This document shows, piece by piece, positions 6,993 through 15,688 of a stretch of 24,949 nt of DNA. This DNA comes from a virus (Duplodnaviria > Caudoviricetes). Both the position numbers and the translations under genes were made by a program. The DNA is taken from IMG/VR virus record IMGVR_UViG_3300030207_001615, positions 1-24,949 of that record; one strand, written 5' to 3'. Within the stretch, counting starts at the first letter, position 1. Every line of letters begins with the position of its first letter. The notes beneath the pieces are model-generated. The model saw only the letters and a program-made list of their open reading frames with translations, ran no database searches and had not been told where the DNA came from.

Positions 6993-7057
6993 TTGCCGTA
7001 TGCGTTAGTCAATGCCTTCAAAAACGCCTCGCCCATACGCTGAATAGCGCGGATCAA
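6989..7057 (-). CDS. candidate 22 aa coupled micro-ORF
   Basis: TTG start overlaps the upstream TGA, and its TGA overlaps the downstream ATG; MIRAIQRMGEAFLKALTNAYGK. Confidence 0.3.
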   Translation of the reverse strand: MIRAIQRMGEAFLKALTNAYGK

Positions 7058-7404
7058 GCGGCCCAAGGTGCGCTTTGCTCTTTACTGGCTACAGCCCTTG
7101 CCGCTAACTGCGCTTCCAGACCGCTCTTCTGCTCTTCGCCCCACGCCTCAAGCTGAGTCTTAGCGCGTGTGGGCAATCCCGTCAAATCGTCGAATGCCAC
7201 AAAATCACTTGCCGTCAAATCGGTAAGGTCAATTGTAACCCACGGGTCTGTGCTTGCAACTTCATCCGTAGCATCGTCTGTGCATTTAGCTATACAGACT
7301 ACCGATTCGATAACATTTTCTTGTACGCTGTCATCGCCAATCGCTTTGCTTGGCGCAACTCGTATGCGATCTGTGATAGTTAGTTCATGCGTGTAACTGC
7401 TCAT
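7054..7404 (-). CDS. tail fibre-associated acidic protein
   Basis: 116 aa downstream of the fibre; ENVIESV...DFVAFDDLT...PW ending, as in proteins that often follow such fibres. Confidence 0.65.
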   Translation of the reverse strand: MSSYTHELTITDRIRVAPSKAIGDDSVQENVIESVVCIAKCTDDATDEVASTDPWVTIDLTDLTASDFVAFDDLTGLPTRAKTQLEAWGEEQKSGLEAQLAARAVASKEQSAPWAA

Positions 7405-7407
7405 TGG

Positions 7408-7668
7408 TTATTCTCCGCTTGGTTGTGATGCCGCTACATGAGCCGCATAAGCATCTTTGATTTCTTGTGTCCATACCACATCTGCAATGCCGCGCACTTC
7501 TGCGCTTTCGCCAGAGATATCAGCGTCTGGCGCGAGTGCTTTGCGATTAAATGCGCGAGTCAACTCCACACCATCGCGCTCAACCACAGTTGCCGTGCGG
7601 ACTTGTATTGTTTTATACTGTCCGACAACTTCAATTTTATCTTCTTCTACTCGTTCAGTTAGTGCCAT
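7408..7668 (-). CDS. putative tail fibre assembly/chaperone-like protein
   Basis: MALTERVEEDKIEV...IQVRTATVVERDGVEL...VWT motif set, commonly seen directly after DDYEEGT-type fibres; SD AAGGAG. Confidence 0.65.
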   Translation of the reverse strand: MALTERVEEDKIEVVGQYKTIQVRTATVVERDGVELTRAFNRKALAPDADISGESAEVRGIADVVWTQEIKDAYAAHVAASQPSGE

Positions 7669-7680
7669 TATTTGCTCTCC

Positions 7681-10593
7681 TTAGACGAAATAGTGTCCCG
7701 TAATTCTGATCGTGCCAGCGGCCTCATACGTTTTGTTTGTTGATCCAGATCCACTTATTTGATTAGTAAAATTTATTAATGTCGAGTTAGCAGATATATA
7801 TCCAGCAATTTCATAACCCGAAACAGTTAGGCTATTGGTTGCGACTTGGCCTAACGGACTAAACGATTGTAATGTAGAGGACGACGTAAACGGCAAAGAC
7901 CCAATTACTAAATTTCCACTTGTTGGGCCACCCGTCCACGTTAGCGAAACATTAATGAAAACCACGTTACCTATTTTTGTGTATGCACCGAGTTGCTCCG
8001 AATAAGACGCCGAACCACTGCCCAACGCAGGACTGAAAGTGCCTTCTTCGTAGTCATCCAACGCATTGGCGGCAGCAGTATCACCATTAAAAGTGATGCC
8101 GCCAGATGAGAGAATACGAGCTTTTTCCGTTTGCGTACCGCTGTTATACGTCCAAAACGCTATATTTGAAGAGTTGCCACTGGTAGCACCTGCAACTACG
8201 CGAGTGTCGTTTCCGCTACGGTCAAAAAACGATGCGCTGTAACCCCAGTTGTTGGCGGCAGCAGACGCTTTTACAGCACCAGTTACGTCCATTTTTTCAG
8301 TTGGCGAGCTTGTTCCAACCCCAACCAGACCTTGATAGTCAACGGTTATGGCATCTAAATCTACTGTGCCGTTACCGTTTGTATCCGACCCAATACGCAA
8401 ATTGCTACCAACATTACTGATCGCCCACGATGCAGATCCACTTTCACGACCTATCTGAATGCCCCCTGCCGTACTTGCCGAATCCTGTTCGACATACAGC
8501 ATAGCGTTTAGGGTGTCGGTCGCATTTATTCCAACGCGCCCTGCTGAAGAAACGGTGAGCCTATCGCTACCATTATAGAGGCGATAGCTGTTGTCGCTCT
8601 GAACAAGCGTCTGATACCAATAGTTTCCGCTTTGATTGACGAGTTGTAGCTGTGCGTAGCTTGATGAGTGTGACGTACTAATACGCGCTACACCGTTCGT
8701 TGATGCGTTATCGACATGAAAATCGACTTGTGGCGATGCCGTGCCTACTCCGATTTGCTGAGACGAATCAATGGTCAAAGCCGCTGTTGCGGCAGTCGCA
8801 AGTTGCATCTTGTCGTTGCCGTGATCGTACAGTATTTGACCACGATATGCGGCATTGCCAGACGTTCCGTCTGCAAATAAAAAATAATTGATATCCGAAG
8901 TGGCACTTGCGGCTATTGTTATGCCGTCTGCATTACCCGCTGACACAACCAACTTGTCAGCAAAATACCCCGATGGCGAAGCGGTTCCGATGCCGACATT
9001 AATACCCGACGAAGTGCTAATTGTAGAGGCATTGTAGCGGAATATCTCAGTGCCATCGTCGAGGAACGTCATATTGCCGCCACGCGCATCGAAGAAACCA
9101 TTGTCTGCGTTAGTGGGCGGCTGTATGCGTAGCTGGCGCGAGGACGAGTTAGCTTCAAGAATTAGCATTCCCTCAGCGGGTGGTTCGCCTCCTTGTGATG
9201 CGTGGATTAATGCCGATGGCGAGTCGTCTCCGATTCCCAATCCCGTTGCGTCGAGGGTAGCTTTTCGCGTTGAATCGACATACCACGAGTGGCCGAGATA
9301 GCCACGGTATTCAAGATATGTTGACGTTGTGCCACCTGCTTCAAGGCGAATGCTGTGGTCGTTTATAGACCCTTTTTTAATTGTTAAATTACCTGCACTT
9401 GCACCCCCATAACTGTTAGGAGCAAACGCCATTTGGCCGCTATTATTTAGCTTTAAAATTGAATAGCCGCCTACGCGAAAATCTGCTACATAATTTGAGT
9501 CACTAAGGTTCGCCCCTGTATTGTCAATCAATATCCCATACGGGTCTGTGGCTTGTGAGTTATAGACGCGAAATGCCGCTGATGTTCCAGTGTGCGCTAC
9601 GTCAAGAGCCGCTCCGGGGGTTGTGCCAGCGTTTACCCCAACTCTACCCTCGCTAACGTCAACAAATAACGTATCAGTATCGACTGCGACATCACCGCTG
9701 AACGTCCCTGTAGTACCGCTCACGCCCCCAGAGGCAGTAATCAACCCCGTAACGCCCAACGTGCTTGATATAGTCTGTGCGCCTGTGAGTGCGAGTGTCC
9801 CTGCTGTGACATTGACGTTGTTGCTACCTGCGGTGATTGCCAGTGCTTGTCCTGTATCACCAATACTGTCAACGTAAAGGTTAGCCCATCGTACTGACGT
9901 AGTGCCTAAATCGTCTGTGCTGTCGGTATCACTAACTATATTGCTGCCACTGGTAACACCTGCCGTAGCGGTCAATAGTCCCGTCACGCCCAGTGTGCCA
10001 CCCATAAGCGCATTGCGGCTTAAATGCAAGTCACGGGGGCGGGTAGCTCCGCTTGCACCAATATCGTAGGTGTTGTCCGTAAAAATGAGGTTACTGGTGA
10101 TCGTGCTGTTGACCGTGAGCGTATCTGAGGCACTATCTCCGATAGCAACATTGCCGTTAAGAGTCAGCCCACCTGTCAGCGTCAGTGTGCCGCCGATAGA
10201 TACGTTGTTGGTAACAGTTACATCGTCCACATACAGGTTACGCCAGCGCACACCTGTCGTTCCCAGATCGTCCGTGCTGTCGGTGTCGGATACAATGTTT
10301 GACCCGGATGTAATACCTGCGGTGGCTGTAATTAGACCCGTAGATTCAAACGTGCCAGATAGGGCTAAGTTATTGATGCGGTTGCCAGCCGTGCCATCGG
10401 CTAAGTTACGCGACGAGTCAACAACCAACGCTTTCGACGCTGTAGCCTGTCCAGCGGTTACGCCCAGATTCGTTGCGTCCAGCCCACCGTTAATGGCGCT
10501 GGATGTCAGCAGGTTATCGAACTCGTTGTTTAGCTGGGCGGCTGTAAGGATCGCGCCCGAACTAAATGTATGTACTCTTGATACGGTTCCCAT
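7681..10593 (-). CDS. tail fibre protein
   Basis: 970 aa, G/S/T-rich; N-terminal anchor (LTAAQLNNEFDNL), repeated VGIGT-x-P modules, and C-terminal GGITFNGDTAAANALDDYEEGTF domain. Confidence 0.88.
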   Translation of the reverse strand: MGTVSRVHTFSSGAILTAAQLNNEFDNLLTSSAINGGLDATNLGVTAGQATASKALVVDSSRNLADGTAGNRINNLALSGTFESTGLITATAGITSGSNIVSDTDSTDDLGTTGVRWRNLYVDDVTVTNNVSIGGTLTLTGGLTLNGNVAIGDSASDTLTVNSTITSNLIFTDNTYDIGASGATRPRDLHLSRNALMGGTLGVTGLLTATAGVTSGSNIVSDTDSTDDLGTTSVRWANLYVDSIGDTGQALAITAGSNNVNVTAGTLALTGAQTISSTLGVTGLITASGGVSGTTGTFSGDVAVDTDTLFVDVSEGRVGVNAGTTPGAALDVAHTGTSAAFRVYNSQATDPYGILIDNTGANLSDSNYVADFRVGGYSILKLNNSGQMAFAPNSYGGASAGNLTIKKGSINDHSIRLEAGGTTSTYLEYRGYLGHSWYVDSTRKATLDATGLGIGDDSPSALIHASQGGEPPAEGMLILEANSSSRQLRIQPPTNADNGFFDARGGNMTFLDDGTEIFRYNASTISTSSGINVGIGTASPSGYFADKLVVSAGNADGITIAASATSDINYFLFADGTSGNAAYRGQILYDHGNDKMQLATAATAALTIDSSQQIGVGTASPQVDFHVDNASTNGVARISTSHSSSYAQLQLVNQSGNYWYQTLVQSDNSYRLYNGSDRLTVSSAGRVGINATDTLNAMLYVEQDSASTAGGIQIGRESGSASWAISNVGSNLRIGSDTNGNGTVDLDAITVDYQGLVGVGTSSPTEKMDVTGAVKASAAANNWGYSASFFDRSGNDTRVVAGATSGNSSNIAFWTYNSGTQTEKARILSSGGITFNGDTAAANALDDYEEGTFSPALGSGSASYSEQLGAYTKIGNVVFINVSLTWTGGPTSGNLVIGSLPFTSSSTLQSFSPLGQVATNSLTVSGYEIAGYISANSTLINFTNQISGSGSTNKTYEAAGTIRITGHYFV

Positions 10594-13217
10594 TATTGTT
10601 CACCCTGTGTGCGTCCTAATCTGGACAATAAAGTCTCGCGTTCTTGCGCCCTCTCTCCACCGCTTTGCGCTCTTTCCGTCATTGCTCCAGCTTGCAGTAA
10701 TGTGCGTAGCGTTGACTGCTGATCTCTTGACATAGTTTCTTGCACGATGTCCTGCAACTTTTCTAAGGCTGTAACTGTCTCGGTTACATCTTTCGGGGTC
10801 ACATCACCTTCTGACTTGCCAGTTCTTTCTGCGGCTAACTTCCTCAAGCCCTTATACCTGTCGGCTACATTCTGCCTTGCCGCTCCAGCCACTTGCCCAG
10901 CCCGTGAGCCACCTGCCACAACTGCGTCCAGCACCCCCGTAGCTTTATCTTTTAGCAACCTAACGCCATCTGGAGAATATAGGTAACTCAGTGCCATGCC
11001 GCCAAAACGGGGGCTAAACTGAGCCAATGATATAGGTGTCAATAAGCCGCCCATTAAGTTGTAACCGAGCAACCCTCGTCCAAGCTGGCTTATCTCTGAT
11101 CGGACGACAAGGCCGTCACCAAACAGTGGACGCATACTGTAACCCAACACCTTGGGTATAAGATATGGGTTATTCGTTTCATCTGCGAGCCTCTGTAGGT
11201 TGGCAAAAGAAAGCTCGGCCTCATTGTCACCAAATGCCTTTAGGACAGACCGCAATATCTGCTGTGGGTCACCCGATTGTCTGATAACCTCAAAATCTGT
11301 ATCGCCAAATTTACGCTGCGGGTCTTTTATGCCCAGCGTCTGCCCAATCAACTTCATGCGGTTGGCGTAATCTTCGTATTGGGCCATTGCTTTTTGGTAA
11401 AAATTAGCATTTCGACCCGGAACCTCGCCAAGCACCTTTTTCGCTTGTGGTGTTTCGTATGACCTAATTATGGTTTCATAAATCATGTCGCGCAGGTCTT
11501 GCAAGGCAGCTTGAGCAGTGTTAGTTACGCCCGCACCTTTGGCATCATCTACTGCTCTCTTAGACAGGTCTAACTTGTATACGTTTGCGCCATCATTGTT
11601 TAAGACGTTTTCAAATGCTTGTTCTATAGCCCCCGGATTCTCCATCAACTGCAATATTTCGCCCCCCTTGTCTAATGTAACTTCGTACTTAGTGGGGGTT
11701 ACACCTTCCGTGGGCGTGTAAGGCGTCATTTGACCTGCATCATCAACTTCAAATAGTTTCTCTTTTCCTTCTTTATCGCGAGCCTTTGCTATCCTTTTTT
11801 CGTCTTTGACTCGCTTTATTACAATCCCATACTTACTTAACTCGCCTTGATTAAAGTTTTGTATTATCTGAGATTTAAGGGCGTCCATATCAACATCTAT
11901 TTCGTCCATCTTGAGGGCTGTTCTGGCTTCTTCAGACGCCCCTTGCATCTTTTCTTGATACTTCTTCGTTGCCTTAGTCAGCTCGTCTAAAATTTCTTCG
12001 CCAACCGCCCTGCCGGGTTCCGGCTTTTTGTTTACGATTTCCAACATTGCTTGGCGAAAACTTTGGTCACTCAGCTTGCTGTAGTCGATAACTTTCTGTA
12101 TTACATTCTGACCCAAGCCCGTGGTAAACCCAAACCACGCAGAAATCAGCCCATCAAACACACTGCCAGCTTTTACGGGATTAGCCCTGCCGCCCGACAC
12201 AGCTTTAACGCCTTTAGTTCCTACCTCTTCTGCCTTTTCTACACCTCTTCTCAGCGTGTCAAAAGCCTGTTCGCGTGTAACTCCTCTAACTGTATCAGCC
12301 GCTCCCTTGACCGTATCAGTTACACCACTCATTGCCTCTGTGAACTTGCTAACAAACCCCGGAGCAAACTCAGTTGCACCTTCAACGGCATCAGTTACAT
12401 CGTCTATGGCTGCCTTGGCTTTGCTACCTTCATACTTTACCCTTAACGGCTCTACGACGAATCTATTGCCAGCCTTCATTCCAACACCCAACCCAAACTT
12501 ACCAGCCTTCAAACCAGCCTTGGCTGCGCCTTTTGTAACTTCTTTTGCTGCTCTGTAACCAGCCTTTGGCACAAGAAATGTCGGGTCTAAGGCTTGCGCT
12601 GTAGCGCCAACACGCTCGGCTGCTCTTGCTACACTGGCAGCTGCTCCACCTGCATCGGTTCCACCAGCTGCTCTTGCTGCTCGGCCTACGCCCCGTGCGC
12701 CCAATGACGCACCTTTAGCAGCCACAGATGCGCCACCAGCCAGCATACCCAAGATGTCTAATGGCCGTTCTTGTAGCCCACGCCCCGTAAACTCGTACTC
12801 ATCGCCCACTTTCTCAAAGCCAGCCGACCCAGCAATACTTTGCCCAAATTGCTCCGCTATACGCTTGTTCTCTGGGCTGTAATCGGTACCAAGAGCCAAC
12901 TCAGCAGCACCTGCTACGCCTCGACCCATTGCCTCTGCGGTGTCTATTGGATTCATCACCGCAGTTGCTGCATCCTCTAAAATAAACGGAACATTAGACG
13001 GAATATTTCCTAAGTATTTAAGAATGTTAAAACCCTCTTCTGGGTCAAACGCAAATGTTCCACGATCTTTCTCCTCGGCAACGCGCACACGGTATTTATC
13101 ACCGTATTTGTCGCTGAACTCCAAACCGAGCGACTCGCTGTTACGATCAGCGTATTCTGGCTTAACCCTTTTAACGGCTTCGCCTAATTCAGCATATGTT
13201 TGAAATCGGTATGCCAT
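10593..13217 (-). CDS. large putative internal virion/DNA ejection protein
   Basis: 874 aa, helical, A/G-rich N-half with hydrophobic patches; last of the long ORFs after the nozzle; TAATG coupled on both sides. Confidence 0.65.
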   Translation of the reverse strand: MAYRFQTYAELGEAVKRVKPEYADRNSESLGLEFSDKYGDKYRVRVAEEKDRGTFAFDPEEGFNILKYLGNIPSNVPFILEDAATAVMNPIDTAEAMGRGVAGAAELALGTDYSPENKRIAEQFGQSIAGSAGFEKVGDEYEFTGRGLQERPLDILGMLAGGASVAAKGASLGARGVGRAARAAGGTDAGGAAASVARAAERVGATAQALDPTFLVPKAGYRAAKEVTKGAAKAGLKAGKFGLGVGMKAGNRFVVEPLRVKYEGSKAKAAIDDVTDAVEGATEFAPGFVSKFTEAMSGVTDTVKGAADTVRGVTREQAFDTLRRGVEKAEEVGTKGVKAVSGGRANPVKAGSVFDGLISAWFGFTTGLGQNVIQKVIDYSKLSDQSFRQAMLEIVNKKPEPGRAVGEEILDELTKATKKYQEKMQGASEEARTALKMDEIDVDMDALKSQIIQNFNQGELSKYGIVIKRVKDEKRIAKARDKEGKEKLFEVDDAGQMTPYTPTEGVTPTKYEVTLDKGGEILQLMENPGAIEQAFENVLNNDGANVYKLDLSKRAVDDAKGAGVTNTAQAALQDLRDMIYETIIRSYETPQAKKVLGEVPGRNANFYQKAMAQYEDYANRMKLIGQTLGIKDPQRKFGDTDFEVIRQSGDPQQILRSVLKAFGDNEAELSFANLQRLADETNNPYLIPKVLGYSMRPLFGDGLVVRSEISQLGRGLLGYNLMGGLLTPISLAQFSPRFGGMALSYLYSPDGVRLLKDKATGVLDAVVAGGSRAGQVAGAARQNVADRYKGLRKLAAERTGKSEGDVTPKDVTETVTALEKLQDIVQETMSRDQQSTLRTLLQAGAMTERAQSGGERAQERETLLSRLGRTQGEQ

Positions 13218-15331
13218 TATTTACCTAACGATATGTTGTCTTGCGCTAATAAATCCTCAAATCCATCATTACCACCCGACACCACTTTTTTAACTATTGG
13301 TAAGAATGCTGTCATGTTGTAATTTTTTGAATCAACATCGTAACTTTGCGTCATTGATTGAATCAACTTGTTTCTAATCAAGCCAGCTTTTCGCAACGCA
13401 ACTTCCAGATTGTCTTCTGGGTCAATAGATTGTTCTTTGATAAATTGAATATCTTGATTTGACAATACTCCAGACATATCTTGGCCTAATGTTTGCACCA
13501 AAGCATTGGCAGCCGCTTTAATTTCTGCGGTATCTTTCCCACTTTCAGTAAACTGTGGAGCAGAATCAAAACCAAGGAACCTAATTGTAGATAGACCAAA
13601 TCCCGTTGCAAATGCCCCTGCATCTTCCATCAAATTTACAAGGTTATCCACTTGGTCAATGACCTGCCCAGCAGCCTTGTATTTTTCTTGTAATTTTGCT
13701 GGAGGAATATCTTTTTCATTTGCTTTTGCCGCTTGCAATTCCTCTGCGGCCCTTCTTGCTAAATCACTCTGCACTGCTGCACCACTGCCTTGAATTGCCT
13801 TCCCAAGCGTATCCAACGACAAAAACCCACCTGTATCTGCTTGCGCCCGTTCAACCATAGGACGCGCTCTGCCGCTCGTTAAAGCCGATATAAGGTTGGC
13901 CCGTGCTACACGCTGATCCGTAGTGCGATCTGCTCGACGCTGTGCGCGATTTTGGGCAGCGTTAGAAATCAAGCCGCCAAGTAACTGTGCGCCCGATGCG
14001 GCCAGTTCGGGGTTGTTGGCGATAAGGCTACCAATGCGAGACAGTAATCCGCGCTGGTCTGCATCTGTGGCAGGTTCAGTTACAGTAGACTCAGTTACAG
14101 TAGGCTCAGTTGCAGTATCATCCTCTTGCACTGTTCGTTGCCCTGCGCGTGGGTCTGTTGATTCTATTGAGGCTTGATATTTACCATCTTGCCTTAACTC
14201 GTTTCTCCTTATTGCTCTGTTAATGGCTGGAGCTTGTTCACGCGCTACTGTTTCCAATTCTGATGATGTTCCAGTAAGGTTTGGATTCTCTGCCCCTATT
14301 GCGCGAAGGGCATTTGAACCCTCCATAATCTGACCGTCAATGCCGCGTATTTGTACCGCTGGCTGATCTTCGGCACTTTGCAACCCTGCCCCGCGCAATA
14401 ACATATCACGCAAGTCTACAGTTGGCGCAGTATTAAACTGAGTAAGTGCTACATTCCCGCCCATGTTCGATAAATCCATCTGAGCTTTAGCATTAGCTAT
14501 CTCATCGTCTGTGGCAGGATTAAACTGAGAGTCATCGGGGCGCACAGCTGTAATTTTGGGCCTGTTTGTAAACTCATTTACAGCATTATCTATGTCTGCG
14601 AGAGTAGGTGCTGACCTTCTAATGCCCGGCTCAAACGCTTGCAGTGCCTCATTGCCGCCTTCTTGACGGGTAATTGCCAGTGCAAGCTCTCTGGGGTCTA
14701 TATCAGCAAGTGGTGTATCAAGAGTAGCACCAACGAATTTTGGAATGTTTATTTTTGCAGCTTTATTACCCTCTGGATCATCCTTTACTGGCGTATATCT
14801 GTCTATAAACTCTTCTGCGGTTTGAGGCTGACCCGTTTCTTCATTTATTCTGTTACTATCTATCCTAATTTGCTGAAATAAAGCGTTTATGCCATCACCT
14901 TCAGTCCCGAATTGAGCAAATCCACCCTCATCAACCCCTGTTACAGCATCCTTTCCATAATACCGCTGCGCTGTTTCAACATCTCCTGTTCTAAGATTGC
15001 CCGGATTGTTGTTGCGAACATTGCGAACAGTGTCTGGCGCAGGGGCTTGTGTAACTGTAGGTGCTGGAGTAGGCGTAACAGTGCCATTTGTTGAGTTATC
15101 TTGGGCTACTTTTATTGCAGCAGAAAGCGCATCTCTTTCTTCTGTCGGCAACGTAGATGTAGGCTCGTATATTATGGTTCCAGTATATTTACCAGTTTGA
15201 GGGTCTTGCACAAAATTTTGGCTAACAACCCTACCAGCACCATGTTTCTGGCGGGCATCAAATCTTGCTTTTCTTATAGCCATCTGTGCGTCATTAGACG
15301 TTGCGCTAAACTGAAAACTTCCATTTGCCAT
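13217..15331 (-). CDS. putative ejection protein with lysozyme-like (RNNNPGNL) domain
   Basis: 704 aa; RNNNPGNLR...GFAQF...G..AL...FIDRYTP...AITRQEGG at about 14650-15016. Confidence 0.7.
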   Translation of the reverse strand: MANGSFQFSATSNDAQMAIRKARFDARQKHGAGRVVSQNFVQDPQTGKYTGTIIYEPTSTLPTEERDALSAAIKVAQDNSTNGTVTPTPAPTVTQAPAPDTVRNVRNNNPGNLRTGDVETAQRYYGKDAVTGVDEGGFAQFGTEGDGINALFQQIRIDSNRINEETGQPQTAEEFIDRYTPVKDDPEGNKAAKINIPKFVGATLDTPLADIDPRELALAITRQEGGNEALQAFEPGIRRSAPTLADIDNAVNEFTNRPKITAVRPDDSQFNPATDDEIANAKAQMDLSNMGGNVALTQFNTAPTVDLRDMLLRGAGLQSAEDQPAVQIRGIDGQIMEGSNALRAIGAENPNLTGTSSELETVAREQAPAINRAIRRNELRQDGKYQASIESTDPRAGQRTVQEDDTATEPTVTESTVTEPATDADQRGLLSRIGSLIANNPELAASGAQLLGGLISNAAQNRAQRRADRTTDQRVARANLISALTSGRARPMVERAQADTGGFLSLDTLGKAIQGSGAAVQSDLARRAAEELQAAKANEKDIPPAKLQEKYKAAGQVIDQVDNLVNLMEDAGAFATGFGLSTIRFLGFDSAPQFTESGKDTAEIKAAANALVQTLGQDMSGVLSNQDIQFIKEQSIDPEDNLEVALRKAGLIRNKLIQSMTQSYDVDSKNYNMTAFLPIVKKVVSGGNDGFEDLLAQDNISLGK

Positions 15332-15340
15332 TGTATCTAC

Positions 15341-15688
15341 CTATGGGGTCATTTTGTAAACAGGATTTTGCTGCATTGGTGGCATCTGTCCACCACCGCC
15401 TGTCATTGGTGGCTTACCAAACATCCCTGCGCCCTTTGTTATCAGACTCGTCAGCAGTTGCTGCGTCAGTGGATCGGACATAACCTGCTGCGCCATACCC
15501 GGCCCCTGCATACCGCCTCGCGTGGGTTGGGCGTTTGCGCCGAAACTCTGTAACAGCTTAGCCTGTGCTGCTTCCTTTTCCATGCGCTCTTGCTGGCGCT
15601 TGGCCGCACGGTTTGCCATGATGCCTTGGCCTACACTAAGGCCAGCTGATGCTATGTATGGTGCGGCTGCTGCGAGAAATCCTGCCAT
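15341..15688 (-). CDS. small pilot/ejection-type virion protein
   Basis: 115 aa; hydrophobic A/G N-terminus followed by AAKRQQER, typical of podovirus small ejection proteins. Confidence 0.6.
   Translation of the reverse strand: MAGFLAAAAPYIASAGLSVGQGIMANRAAKRQQERMEKEAAQAKLLQSFGANAQPTRGGMQGPGMAQQVMSDPLTQQLLTSLITKGAGMFGKPPMTGGGGQMPPMQQNPVYKMTP

Noticed and set aside
6357-7043. 228 aa + strand ORF, and similar + strand ORFs such as 10070-10735 and 23797-24345
   Set aside because: They are antisense to coupled - strand genes with good SDs and show shadow-like composition.
7681-8060. Diversity-generating retroelement target at the fibre tip
   Set aside because: No reverse transcriptase and no near-identical template repeat was seen in the window.
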